Source: a virus (lineage: Duplodnaviria; Caudoviricetes). From it: a stretch of DNA of 64,000 bases. The DNA is taken from IMG/VR virus record IMGVR_UViG_3300046820_001270, positions 270,493 to 334,492 of that record; one strand, 5' to 3'. A model generated the notes under the pieces. The model was not told the DNA's origin. It made no database searches and saw only the letters and a program-made list of their open reading frames with translations. This document shows positions 10,101 through 19,490 of the stretch, one piece after another; positions within the stretch are counted from its first letter, which is position 1, and each line of letters opens with the position of its first letter. A program made the translations under genes and the position numbers.

Positions 10101-13029
10101 TGAACCCGAAAATGGTACATACGTAAGTTACGAAGATCAAATTTTTGAACTTGACCCGATATTTGATCCTGGAATTACTTTTGTAGTTACGGGACATACC
10201 GACGTAGGAATACACCCTTATTATGATGATATATTTTATAATATCGTAAATGGAGAAAATTATTTTGATTTTGTAACTGGAAATACTACCGATTATTATA
10301 ATAAAATAACAGGAGGAACATTAAATTTAAAAAATGATGTTTTAGCATATAGTGGAGGTACATTATATTATTGGACACAATATGTTGATGATAGTAAAGT
10401 AAACAATAAAAAGAATACATTTACATTATTACCATCTACAGGAGATAATCTTTTTAAAGGTAAAAAACAATCATTAACAAATGTTAATGAAAATCCATTT
10501 TCAAACAATTCGTTTGAAATAGAAGAACAAAATAATTTTAGAATAGTTTGGGACGATGAATTAATCAGTAGTAATTTTAGTGGGCAAACATTTGCATCAC
10601 CTATAGAACACACAACTACAATTTCGGGAAAATACGGAATTCAAAATATAACCGATAATTATAAAAAAGTTATGGATTTAATTGCTACATTTAATCCAAC
10701 AATTTTAGATGAATTTGAAAAATATTTTTTATTGTTTGCATCTGAAAAACTTAACTTAAGTGTTTCTGATAAACCTTTTAATGGAGTAGTATTAGATAAA
10801 TTTCAAGATTTATTAAAAGAAATAGTTACAGTACAAAAAGATGTAAAAAATTCTACATCTAACCAAATTTCTATTTTAAAAGAAAAACAAAAAACTAAAT
10901 TAGAAGATATTAGTAAATTAATTTTATCAAATGATAATTTGATAAAAATTACAATAGGTAATCCTAAAGAATTTGATCCACATACGTTAATTGGTTTTAT
11001 AGGTGTAGATAAAAAAAATACATTTAAATACAACACATATAAAGGTGAATTTGATGGATCTCAGAGTGATGAAAATGTTGATTTAATAAATCTATATTTA
11101 GGACCTGAACCCGAATACGGGGATTATCAGGATTTCTTTATAGATAATAACATAGAATTTAACGAGGAAAACGTACAAATTTTCAGACCATTAATTTATA
11201 TATATGCCGGTTATAAAAATAGTAGTTTTTATAACACAACACCAAACTTTAAACAATATCTTAATGAGTCTATCTTTACCAAATCGGGAGGAGTTGATGA
11301 AAGATTAAATACATTTTTACTTACATTAATACCTAAGTTTCAAAAAGAATTTAAAATTCAAGAAGACCCAACTAAAATTACATTTTTTGATGGATATAAT
11401 AATAAACCATTAAAAGTTGAATTGTATAATTTCTTTAAATCCATGAACGATAAATGGATTGCCGGTAATTCAATTGGTCAAAGATCGTTGTTAGAAGAAT
11501 TTTTATTTTTAGATAGGGCCAATAAAGATATTGGAAATGATTATTATTTTGATTTAACAAGGTTAACCAATATGGGAGACCCTAAAAATTCAAAACAAAG
11601 TTTATATGGTGCTTTATCAATTTTACTACAAGGAACGGGATTTGATATGAGGGCATTACCGGCTTATATTAATTTTTATGGAAATACTTTTTCTAAAAAT
11701 CCTAAATTAGTACCATCAAAAAGAATTGCACAAAATCTATTTGGAACATTTTTAGATGTCGATTATCAAGAGTCTCTACCAAAAATTGTAATTCAATATG
11801 TTGGTAAGAATTCGACAAGACCTGAGATGGAGAAAAAAGGTAAATTTAAATTTAGTGACGATAGTTTTAATGTTGGTAATGTTAATAATAATCCACTTAT
11901 GGTTACTTTACCTAAAGTATTTAAAACAGGCGATTTAACAAAGTCTAACAAAGTAGTTGCATTTGAAGTAAGTTTTGGTGACCAAAACCAAAGTATTTTT
12001 AAAGGAATACAATTAGATCAAGCTTCAATTAAAAATACAAGTGAATCTTTTTATGTATTAGAAAACTTAGCAAGATCCGAATCGGGTTCGTCATCACATA
12101 ATGTTGATATCGGTTTATATGATTATTATAGACAGGCCTCTTATACTTGTGATGTCACATGTATGGGAAATGTTATGATACAACCAACAATGTATTTTTA
12201 CCTTAAAAACGTACCAATGTTTAAGGGAACGTATTGGATTAGTGAGGTAGCACATTCAATTAAAAGTGGATCGATAACGACTACATTCAAAGGATCAAGA
12301 ATACCGTATACGGCTCTTCCTGATTTAAAAGATTCATTTATGTCAAGTTATCGTACATTATTTGATAAATTACAACAAAAGGCAGTTAATAGAGTTAATG
12401 GTGCGGATAAGGTTACAGAAACAAGTAAGACCATAACAAATCAAAACGGTGAAAAATTCACATTTGATATGGGAGATTTAAAAAAATCACCTTCTGGTGA
12501 AAAACTTGTCGAGGGAGATGCTTCATTTACACCTCAAGCGGGTATTCCATTTAACGGATATGCAGATTTTAGATATATTACTAAAGTCAAATATCCTAAT
12601 GAAAATAGTCTTTGGTTAAGAGCAATTGTGGCTAGAATGGGTGAGAAGAAATATCCAATAAAAGATGAAGTTGTCATGTCAGTAGTTTCATCAAATAGTA
12701 AAATCATAACAAGTCCTAAATTTACGTGGAAACAAGCGTCTGAATTTACAAACGATTATTATTTTTATGCAACAAAATTCTTATTTGATAAAGTACCCGC
12801 ATCAAAAGTTACAACGTTAACCTCAACGTTTTTTAATCCAGCAAATAATGTAACAATTATAGTTCCACCAAAATATGAATTAAATGATAAAACCACAACT
12901 CCTATTGAATTCTCAGGTCCAATTGATATAATAAGAGATGAGGAACCATATGGTATGGTATTATCTTCTAAGTTAATGTTAGACTTAGGTTTACAAGATG
13001 GTGATATTGTTTACTTCAATGTTGGATAA
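7114..13029 (+). CDS. Baseplate hub protein (gp27/VgrG-like) with large insertions
   Basis: N-terminal FGIDNITINIKG...INITFLDVRG and C-terminal CDVTCMGNVMIQPTMYFYLKNVPMFKGTYWISEVAHSI...TTTFKGSR are the typical hub-protein ends. Follows the LysM-like gene. Confidence 0.7.
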   Translation: MENNKITNTEDIHVKVDQNNLIYIDPNSTIDSQGNISPRNIKAENLVMYVNLEADIIPRSILAADNTTNTLTSIAKGTLNFLKNNDGGDYDTSWTNSFLNSEEKKNGSGTLTGEFFQSDKSGQTFGIDNITINIKGFNSIPTINITFLDVRGKTLFESPENSPYKAFFHIPWPIFYLTVKGFYGKAIRYRLHMVKFTSKFNESNGNFEVNTSFVGSTYAYLSDIPLQGILNAPYLFPYESSKVTETNTGTNREKETVKKSTKGYEILKTVYNEYKLKGLIKEDFPVKTLKEVMTISKTLDTLLEKQIFDQVVDMRIFAGLKQFQEDIDKFEEAVIGWGKLNLESEPEPSLTQSTTDPNNPKLFFLVKSNPRTDRSKGIDGPDEDGTFEHLLKFYGDKIRESQLLSDVIQNQKIKQNPLLNKTGSNFSTKSLGISKVGNMELYIDDKNHPNKFIGIAIQKLLDDVREIRTKFEQQREKLQRQVEIKMNEIVRDKTKGFGFEPTIRNIFAVILANAEVLIRLMKDVHKKAFDQAETRKMVVSRFSKESMGDSIYPWPELKATVKGKENTIIYPGDPDWQAYLGSENAQRWPEVAFLETYIGVTTNKVDPLAEKEASINKLSNTIQNDSDIKKIKKISTANEVVNILPYVNKSPDSFIYELYERSFHYSVIESFNKTATWEKLADLEFGNIQESVEDENGLRKLLIQNIKDKTTLISQLEKLSPFEKYSYYKDSLPTTDYLKSFYEQSFIIEQYVSSNSVDDKKLYQFLDEELQNFTPETYRKNIYPYSSNVYLNYISTGVTSITDSLLNCRNFLSVDTTQGLVSGEVNPLFWLKNGVTSNLFSKKFTLTNTKVNILNTPFFHRQLFSDFNTIGSSSGKYAGSAYLLLNSLAFTDLDEIKIGTTKTDSKPYTFLTSSLFKEIGSSQYVPYHLILKWGSIYHRHKKFIKEGVDIIGDVYDGNSLVKEGAVKTGSTETLIGFQTNKLDGRTFFDNGNDLVFEPENGTYVSYEDQIFELDPIFDPGITFVVTGHTDVGIHPYYDDIFYNIVNGENYFDFVTGNTTDYYNKITGGTLNLKNDVLAYSGGTLYYWTQYVDDSKVNNKKNTFTLLPSTGDNLFKGKKQSLTNVNENPFSNNSFEIEEQNNFRIVWDDELISSNFSGQTFASPIEHTTTISGKYGIQNITDNYKKVMDLIATFNPTILDEFEKYFLLFASEKLNLSVSDKPFNGVVLDKFQDLLKEIVTVQKDVKNSTSNQISILKEKQKTKLEDISKLILSNDNLIKITIGNPKEFDPHTLIGFIGVDKKNTFKYNTYKGEFDGSQSDENVDLINLYLGPEPEYGDYQDFFIDNNIEFNEENVQIFRPLIYIYAGYKNSSFYNTTPNFKQYLNESIFTKSGGVDERLNTFLLTLIPKFQKEFKIQEDPTKITFFDGYNNKPLKVELYNFFKSMNDKWIAGNSIGQRSLLEEFLFLDRANKDIGNDYYFDLTRLTNMGDPKNSKQSLYGALSILLQGTGFDMRALPAYINFYGNTFSKNPKLVPSKRIAQNLFGTFLDVDYQESLPKIVIQYVGKNSTRPEMEKKGKFKFSDDSFNVGNVNNNPLMVTLPKVFKTGDLTKSNKVVAFEVSFGDQNQSIFKGIQLDQASIKNTSESFYVLENLARSESGSSSHNVDIGLYDYYRQASYTCDVTCMGNVMIQPTMYFYLKNVPMFKGTYWISEVAHSIKSGSITTTFKGSRIPYTALPDLKDSFMSSYRTLFDKLQQKAVNRVNGADKVTETSKTITNQNGEKFTFDMGDLKKSPSGEKLVEGDASFTPQAGIPFNGYADFRYITKVKYPNENSLWLRAIVARMGEKKYPIKDEVVMSVVSSNSKIITSPKFTWKQASEFTNDYYFYATKFLFDKVPASKVTTLTSTFFNPANNVTIIVPPKYELNDKTTTPIEFSGPIDIIRDEEPYGMVLSSKLMLDLGLQDGDIVYFNVG

Positions 13030-13069
13030 TAACTAAACTTGGGATATTTATATTAATAAAACAAATATT

Positions 13070-13273
13070 ATGGAAAATAATAGATTAAATAATACCATGG
13101 ATCAGTTTTTAAACCCTAAAAAAGTTAAAAACGTATCTAATGATGGTATGGAAAGAGAAGAATGTGATTTGGTAACGGGAGAATGTTACACAATCAGAGA
13201 AAAAGACGGAATCGTTGAAAGAATAAATAAAAAATACGTTACAAACGACGGAAGACAATTATTACAAGATTAA
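13070..13273 (+). CDS. Small hypothetical late protein
   Basis: 67 aa ORF preceded by TATTTATA at 13045 and an A-rich leader. Confidence 0.65.
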   Translation: MENNRLNNTMDQFLNPKKVKNVSNDGMEREECDLVTGECYTIREKDGIVERINKKYVTNDGRQLLQD

Positions 13274-13277
13274 TACT

Positions 13278-13979
13278 ATGTTAGAGAAAAAATTATTAGA
13301 AGAAGTAAAACGTTTTAATTCCATCAATAAGTATGGTAAGAAAATGATTATGGAGCAAGACGCTCCTCCTGAAGCGCCAGCTGAAGATCCATTAGGAGAC
13401 GTTCCTCCTCCACCTCCAGCAGGTGGTGACGCACCAACAGACGTTCCTCCTCCACCTCCAGCAGGTGGTGATGCACCAATGGGTGACGTTCCTCCCCCAC
13501 CTTCAGCAGGTGGTGATATGGACACACCTCCAATGGGAGATGCAATGGGTGGTGATACTGAAGAAATTGATATTACAGATTTAGTTAATATGACTAAGAA
13601 TATCAAAAACGATCTTGAAAGTAATAAACAAGACAATTCTGCAGTTATAAATAAAATGGACGATGTATTCACTAAATTGAATGACTTAGAAGGTAAATTG
13701 GCTCAAATGGACCAAGTTATGGCTAAGATCGATCAATTGGGTGCGACGGTTGAGGCTAATAGACCTAAAACTGAAGTTGAGAAATTAGAAATGAGATCTT
13801 TAGATTCATATCCATTTAACGAAAAACCACAAGAGTTTTTTTCACACAAACAAAGTGAAATGAGAGCGAGTGGTAAGAATGAGTATGTCTTAACAAAGGA
13901 CGATGTTGAAAATTATCCGGTTGACCAAATAAGATCATCATTTAACCAAGAAGACCAAAAAGATGAATATAGCTTCTAA
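13278..13979 (+). CDS. Acidic Pro-rich protein with a coiled coil (possible internal head or scaffold-like protein)
   Basis: 233 aa with three DVPPPPPAGGD(AP) repeats and a heptad segment MDDVFTKLNDLEGKLAQMDQVMAKIDQL. Function is inferred. Confidence 0.55.
   Translation: MLEKKLLEEVKRFNSINKYGKKMIMEQDAPPEAPAEDPLGDVPPPPPAGGDAPTDVPPPPPAGGDAPMGDVPPPPSAGGDMDTPPMGDAMGGDTEEIDITDLVNMTKNIKNDLESNKQDNSAVINKMDDVFTKLNDLEGKLAQMDQVMAKIDQLGATVEANRPKTEVEKLEMRSLDSYPFNEKPQEFFSHKQSEMRASGKNEYVLTKDDVENYPVDQIRSSFNQEDQKDEYSF
13398..13517 (+). repeat. Three imperfect 42-45 bp coding tandem repeats (DVPPPPPAGGDAP)
   Basis: gacgttcctcctccacctccagcaggtggtga occurs at 13398 and 13440, with a variant at 13485. Confidence 0.9.
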
Positions 13980-14334
13980 AATAAAGTTCCTTATGGAACT
14001 TCAGGCTCAAGTTAAGATTAACCATTGGCAAACCAAGGGTTATGCAAGACATAAAGCTTTCGATGAACTTTACGGAGGTTTAGTTGACTTAACTGATACA
14101 TTTGCAGAGGCTGCGATGGGTAAGTACGGTAGATTTACATTGGAGAATGACGATAAAACATTAAACATTGTGAATTTAACCGAATTAGATTTAAAAGAGA
14201 TGTTACAAACATCTAAAGAGGCTTTAATTCAATGGTCAAGTGAGTTCGATTCGACAGATACGGATATAATGAATATACGTGATGAGATTTTGGGATTATT
14301 AAATAAAATAACATATCTATTAACATTAGATTAA
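13963..14334 (+). CDS. Dps/ferritin-like four-helix protein (DUF5856-like)
   Basis: NHWQTKGYARHKAFDELY...TDTFAE parallels the Dps ferroxidase signature HW...H...(D/E)...D-x-x-AE. Confidence 0.7.
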   Translation: MNIASKIKFLMELQAQVKINHWQTKGYARHKAFDELYGGLVDLTDTFAEAAMGKYGRFTLENDDKTLNIVNLTELDLKEMLQTSKEALIQWSSEFDSTDTDIMNIRDEILGLLNKITYLLTLD

Positions 14335-14350
14335 AATAAAAAAATAAGAA

Positions 14351-14584
14351 ATGGCAATAACAAACGCATCGACAAGACGTACAACTTCGGTTAATGCATT
14401 TACAGGATTAACATATGTTGATACAATAATAGGTACTGCAGCAAGTAACGGACTTTTTTCTGTTGTAGTGGAAGGTAATTATATTGATGATACAATCACA
14501 GGATCAATAGTAAGTGCTGGATATGTAGTAAAAAAGAAATTTGACGATATGGGAACTTACCCAAGATATACCATAAATTGGTAA
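14351..14584 (+). CDS. Hypothetical protein
   Basis: 77 aa ORF with an A-rich leader, followed by a terminator. Confidence 0.65.
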   Translation: MAITNASTRRTTSVNAFTGLTYVDTIIGTAASNGLFSVVVEGNYIDDTITGSIVSAGYVVKKKFDDMGTYPRYTINW

Positions 14585-14609
14585 TCTAAAAATACTTTAA
14601 AAATAATTG

Positions 14610-14638
14610 AACCCAGATTTTATAGTCTGGGTTTTTTT
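14610..14638 (+). terminator. Rho-independent terminator closing the first late block
   Basis: aacccaga-ttttatag-tctgggtt followed by a T-run. Confidence 0.8.
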
Positions 14639-14684
14639 ATGTATATTTTAGTATAAATGATTTTATAATTTAAATTTTAATTCT

Positions 14685-15527
14685 ATGAGTACATTTGATG
14701 CAGTACTTGCACAGTACGAGAAAAACAAAAACGCCACAGGTGGCAACAACAACAAGATATCCTCTGAGGATAGATTAAAACGTTATTTCACAACCGTATT
14801 ACAAAAAGGTTCTAAGGGTGAAGAAAGACGTATCCGTATTTTACCTACAAAAGATGGTTCTTCACCATTCGTAGAGGTAAAGTTTCACGAAGTTCAAGTG
14901 GACGGAAAATGGGTAAAATTATATGACCCAGCACAAGAAGGAAAACGTTCTCCATTAAATGAGGTTTACGAAGGATTGATGATGAGTGGTGTGGATTCTG
15001 ACAAAGAATTGGCACGTAACTATCGTTCTCGTAAGTTTTATATCGTTAAAGTGATCGATCGTGATCATGAAGCGGATGGAGTTAAATTTTGGAGATTTAA
15101 ACATAATCACAAAGGTGATGGTGTTATTGATAAAATCTTCCCAATCTTCCGTAACAAAGGAGATGTTACCAATCCTGAAAATGGTCGTGATTTAATCTTG
15201 TCTTTAGCCTTAACAAAGGCGGGTACAGGTAAAGAGTACACAGTTATCAATTCAGTATTAAACGATGATCCAAGTCCACTACATACTGACGCAGACGTCG
15301 CAAAAACGTGGTTAGATGATGAGTTAACTTGGTCTGATGTTTACTCTAAGAAAGGTGAAGATTATTTAGAAATGGTTGCAAGAGGTGAAGTTCCACGTTG
15401 GGACACAGCAAGTAGCAAATGGGTTTCTAATTTGACAACAGAAGAAACTATCGGAGCGGTGAAGACTTCTACTCCTGTTGTTGATCCACAAGACGATGCA
15501 GATGTAGATGGTGATTTACCATTCTAA
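14685..15527 (+). CDS. ssb: Single-stranded DNA-binding protein (T4 gp32-like)
   Basis: RIRILPTKDGSSPFVEVKFH, YIVKVIDRD and an acidic C-terminus DDADVDGDLPF. Adjacent to the recombinase. Confidence 0.8.
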   Translation: MSTFDAVLAQYEKNKNATGGNNNKISSEDRLKRYFTTVLQKGSKGEERRIRILPTKDGSSPFVEVKFHEVQVDGKWVKLYDPAQEGKRSPLNEVYEGLMMSGVDSDKELARNYRSRKFYIVKVIDRDHEADGVKFWRFKHNHKGDGVIDKIFPIFRNKGDVTNPENGRDLILSLALTKAGTGKEYTVINSVLNDDPSPLHTDADVAKTWLDDELTWSDVYSKKGEDYLEMVARGEVPRWDTASSKWVSNLTTEETIGAVKTSTPVVDPQDDADVDGDLPF

Positions 15528-15538
15528 TTATTAACGGA

Positions 15539-15570
15539 GGGGTGGAGATAACGTCAGAAACCCCATTTTT
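15539..15570 (+). terminator. Possible weak terminator or attenuator between ssb and recA
   Basis: ggggt...acccc 5-bp stem with a 16-nt loop followed by attttt. Weak. Confidence 0.35.
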
Positions 15571-15581
15571 AAAAACAAATT

Positions 15582-16562
15582 ATGGCAGGTATTAAAAAAA
15601 CAGACTTTTCGGCAATTAAGAAGAAATTCTCTAAAGAAGCCGAGTACAAACCAGATCGTTTCTTCGATTTGGGTAATGCCTTCTTGGATGCATGTGGTAT
15701 TCCGGGTCCTGCAATGGGTCACATCAATATGTTATTAGGACATAGCGATACGGGTAAAACAACCGCACTTGTAAAGTCGGCGGTAGATGCTCAAAAGAAA
15801 GGTGTTGTTCCTGTGTTTATTATTACTGAACAAAAATGGAGTTGGGATCATGCTGAATTAATGGGTTTTGATAGAAACGGAGATTATCTTTTCAATAGTG
15901 ATTTTGAATATATCGAACAAATTACAGAATATATCAATGAACTATTAGACGCACAAGAGAAAGGAGATTTACCTCACGATTTATTAATCTTATGGGATTC
16001 AGTAGGTTCAGTTCCATGTAAAATGACTTACGATGGTAAAGGTGGTAAACAACACAATGCGTCGGTTTTAGCTGACAAAATTGGAATGGGTATCAACCAA
16101 CGTATTTCAGGTTCAAGAAGAACAGATAAACCTTATACGAACTCTTTAATCATTGTTAACCAACCTTGGGTAGAATTACCTGACAATCCTTTCGGACAAC
16201 CGAAAATTAAAGCAAAAGGTGGAGAAGCAATTTGGTTAAACTCAAGTATCGTATTCTTATTTGGTAATCAAAAAGGAGCGGGAACAACGAAAATCTCTAT
16301 CACAAAAGATAAGAGAAAAGTAAAAATTGCAACAAGAACAAAAATCTCTATCATGAAAAACCACATCAATGGTTTGGGATATGAAGACGGACGTATCTTG
16401 GTTACATCACACGGATTTATGCCAGGTAGAGAAGATTCTGAAGAGAAGAAATCTATCGAGGATTATAAAAAAGAAAGTGGTGATTACATCAGTAAGATGT
16501 TAGGTGTTAATGTTACAGACATCACAGACGTAGAAGTTGTAACAGAAGAAAGTGATCTTTAA
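15582..16562 (+). CDS. recA: RecA/UvsX-like recombinase
   Basis: Walker A GHSDTGKT, Walker B ILWDSVGS, and IIVNQ...KAKGGEAIWLNSS. Confidence 0.9.
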   Translation: MAGIKKTDFSAIKKKFSKEAEYKPDRFFDLGNAFLDACGIPGPAMGHINMLLGHSDTGKTTALVKSAVDAQKKGVVPVFIITEQKWSWDHAELMGFDRNGDYLFNSDFEYIEQITEYINELLDAQEKGDLPHDLLILWDSVGSVPCKMTYDGKGGKQHNASVLADKIGMGINQRISGSRRTDKPYTNSLIIVNQPWVELPDNPFGQPKIKAKGGEAIWLNSSIVFLFGNQKGAGTTKISITKDKRKVKIATRTKISIMKNHINGLGYEDGRILVTSHGFMPGREDSEEKKSIEDYKKESGDYISKMLGVNVTDITDVEVVTEESDL

Positions 16563-16571
16563 ATTTAACAA

Positions 16572-17606
16572 ATGTCGGTTTTACTTGTTGATGGGGATAA
16601 TCTATTAACTATTGGTTATTACGGAGCGAAGAATGTGTTTTACAAGGGAACTCACATCGGTGGTATCTACCACTTTCTAAACACCCTAAGAAGATCTTTT
16701 GAGGAATACCAATTAGACAAGATTGTTGTTTTTTGGGACGGACTTGAGGGTTCACAAACCAGAAGAAAGATATATTCTCACTACAAGGAAAATAGAAGAC
16801 AAAGAGTTAGAACAGAAGAAGATTTACAATCTTACTTATATCAGAGAGATAGAATTAAACAATATCTTGAAGAACTATATGTAAGACAAGGGGAATTTGA
16901 GTATTGTGAGACTGATGACAACATCGCTTACTATACTCAAAACTCACCCGAAGAAAGAAAAATTATTTATTCATCAGACGGGGATTTAACTCAACTCGTT
17001 TCAGAAAACACACAAGTTTACAATCCTTCACACAGGAAATTATATTCACAGAACGATATAATCATTTACGATCACGAAGAAATCCTCATAGAGAATGTTC
17101 GTTTGGTTAAAATGATATGTGGAGACTCATCAGATAACATTGCGGGAATAAGAGGAATGGGACTTAAAAGATTATTGTCTTTGATCCCTGAACTAAGAAA
17201 TCAACCAATTACAGTTGATCAGGTTAAAGATAGATGTAACATATTATTTGAACAAGACAAACACAATAAGTTAATTGCTAATTTATTGACAGGTGTTACA
17301 AAACACGGAGTACTTGGTGAGGAATTCTTCGACGTAAACCAAAGGATAGTAAGTTTGGACGAACCGTTTTTAACAACTGAAGCAAAAGAGACAATAGACC
17401 TACTGATTAGTGAACCATTAGACCAAGAGGGTAGATCATATAAAAACGCGATGAAGATGATGCAAGAAGACGGACTCTTCAACGTACTACCAAAATCGGA
17501 AGATGCTTGGATAAATTTTTTAAATCCTTTTCTAAGATTAACAAGAAAAGAAAAAAATATAAACAACAATATAAAAAAAACAATTAAAGTAAGACCTTAT
17601 GAGTAG
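16572..17606 (+). CDS. 5'-3' exonuclease / flap endonuclease (T4 RNase H or Pol I N-terminal-like)
   Basis: LLVDGDNL, VVFWDG, YKENR, ETDDNIA, SSDGDLTQL, and the helix-3-turn-helix GDSSDNIAGIRGMG. Confidence 0.9.
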   Translation: MSVLLVDGDNLLTIGYYGAKNVFYKGTHIGGIYHFLNTLRRSFEEYQLDKIVVFWDGLEGSQTRRKIYSHYKENRRQRVRTEEDLQSYLYQRDRIKQYLEELYVRQGEFEYCETDDNIAYYTQNSPEERKIIYSSDGDLTQLVSENTQVYNPSHRKLYSQNDIIIYDHEEILIENVRLVKMICGDSSDNIAGIRGMGLKRLLSLIPELRNQPITVDQVKDRCNILFEQDKHNKLIANLLTGVTKHGVLGEEFFDVNQRIVSLDEPFLTTEAKETIDLLISEPLDQEGRSYKNAMKMMQEDGLFNVLPKSEDAWINFLNPFLRLTRKEKNINNNIKKTIKVRPYE

Positions 17607-18057
17607 AGATTACCAAAACCAAGACAACATAACAAAATTTGAATTTTTGTTGTCATTAGAAGGACATATCGTATGTCAAAGATTTTTTAACGTTAGAGAT
17701 CATGTTGATCAGGCTAGACGTTCTATGGATCTTCACTATTATGTAAAAAATATTTGTGAGGATTTTATGGAAGATTTGAAAATAAAAAGTTCCAACTACC
17801 TATGTGAGAATCAAAACTATATTCTTCATTCGGAGGTTGTGGACGAGTCGGCAATTTCAGAAAAAGAGTATTTTTTGTTGGAAATTAAGTTAGGTGAGGA
17901 TGTATTTATTCAAAGACAATTCCCCGCATATCTTTACCATCCAAAGGCAAGATACACGGTGGATATCCGTCCAAGATTGAAGATAATTTTGTCAGATTTA
18001 ACAGACATTTTGTCTTCGGAAGAATTGGAAACAAGTTATTTAGGATACGAATTATAA
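17599..18057 (+). CDS. Hypothetical protein in the replication operon
   Basis: 152 aa, overlapping the exonuclease stop. No motif recognised. Confidence 0.65.
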   Translation: MSRDYQNQDNITKFEFLLSLEGHIVCQRFFNVRDHVDQARRSMDLHYYVKNICEDFMEDLKIKSSNYLCENQNYILHSEVVDESAISEKEYFLLEIKLGEDVFIQRQFPAYLYHPKARYTVDIRPRLKIILSDLTDILSSEELETSYLGYEL

Positions 18058-18082
18058 GAAAAAACAATATATAATAAACACT

Positions 18083-19459
18083 ATGGAAGAAAGGAATTTT
18101 GGGTATTTGGGATTTTCGTTTCAACAGTCCCTTATCAAAGCAATTATTGAAGATAAGAAGTACGGAGAAACAATTATTGATGTATTAGAGAGTAAGTTTT
18201 TTGATAATAACTCATTTAGATTTATTATGGAAAACACAAAGGAGTTGTATAAGAATTACAACAAAATCCCTGATTACAATACATTGGCACAGAAAATCAT
18301 GGCAGAAGGTGGGAACAAAGATTCATCTAAAATTCACGTAGATACATTAGAAGCAATTAAAAATAATGAGTCTCAAATTGAATATGTAAAAGACACAGCA
18401 CTTAATTTCTGTAAACAACAAAACTTGAAAAGAGAGTTGAAAAGTGTACAGAGCATTATTGAAAGTGGTGAGTTTGAGGCTTACAATAAGATTGAGGAAA
18501 TCATTCAAAAAGCATTACAAGTTGGTATTTCCAATGATGAAGCAACGGATGTGTTCCATGATATCGACGGAGCATTAGAAAAGGACTTTAGACACCCATT
18601 ACCGACAGGTATTGTGGGAATCGACAACTTACTTAAGGGTGGGTTAGGAATCGGAGAATTGGGGGTTGTATTAGCTCCTACTGGTACTGGTAAGACTACC
18701 TTACTTACTAAGTTTGCTAACACCGCATATAACTTAGGTTATAACGTTGTACAAATTTTCTTTGAGGACAATCCAGGTAATATTAAAAGAAAACACTATA
18801 CGATTTGGACTGAAATTGCTCCTGACTCTCAACCTGAATTTAAGGATGAAGTTAAAGCTAAAGTAGAAGAGGCTCAAGCTAAATCTAAAGGTAGTTTGAA
18901 GTTATTAAAATTGGCAAGTGATAATGTTACTGTTTCTGAAATTAAAAATAAAATCAGAAAGATGAACTCAGAGGGTGGAAAAAAAGTAGACCTATTGGTA
19001 TTAGATTATGTTGATTGTGTATCAACTGATAAATCAACTAATGGTGAAGAATGGAAAGGTGAAGGTTCTGTAATGAGAAGTTTAGAGTCTATGACATCTG
19101 AATTTCAAATGGCAATATGGACCGCAACACAAGGTAATCGTGAATCAATTTCATCAGAAGTTGTAACAGGAGACCAAATGGGAGGTTCAATTAAGAAAGC
19201 ACAAATTGCTCACGTTATATTATCTATTGGTAAAACATTAGAACAAAAAGAACATAATTTGGCAACACTTACGTTATTAAAATCACGTATAGGTAGAGAT
19301 GGTGTTGTTTTCCAAAACTGTAAATTCAATAACGAGTTCCTCCTTATTGATACAGAGTCTCAAAATACTTTATTGGGACATGAAGAGCAAAAGGTTCAAA
19401 TAAACGCTAACAGAGCCGCCGAGGCGTTTAAGAGGAGACAACAAGTGGCGAGTAAGTAA
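18083..19459 (+). CDS. dnaB: Replicative DNA helicase (DnaB/gp41-like)
   Basis: Walker A APTGTGKT, Walker B LVLDYVD, WTATQGNR, and LLKSRIG. Confidence 0.9.
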   Translation: MEERNFGYLGFSFQQSLIKAIIEDKKYGETIIDVLESKFFDNNSFRFIMENTKELYKNYNKIPDYNTLAQKIMAEGGNKDSSKIHVDTLEAIKNNESQIEYVKDTALNFCKQQNLKRELKSVQSIIESGEFEAYNKIEEIIQKALQVGISNDEATDVFHDIDGALEKDFRHPLPTGIVGIDNLLKGGLGIGELGVVLAPTGTGKTTLLTKFANTAYNLGYNVVQIFFEDNPGNIKRKHYTIWTEIAPDSQPEFKDEVKAKVEEAQAKSKGSLKLLKLASDNVTVSEIKNKIRKMNSEGGKKVDLLVLDYVDCVSTDKSTNGEEWKGEGSVMRSLESMTSEFQMAIWTATQGNRESISSEVVTGDQMGGSIKKAQIAHVILSIGKTLEQKEHNLATLTLLKSRIGRDGVVFQNCKFNNEFLLIDTESQNTLLGHEEQKVQINANRAAEAFKRRQQVASK

Positions 19460-19490
19460 TTAATAAACACAAAAAATAAAGAGAACACAA

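Noticed and set aside
77-13029. Bacterial extracellular contractile injection system (eCIS/T6SS) rather than a phage
   Set aside because: The tail genes are interleaved with a full phage replication set (gp32-like SSB, UvsX/RecA, helicase, primase, gp46/47-like proteins, RNR) and a phage-style late promoter.
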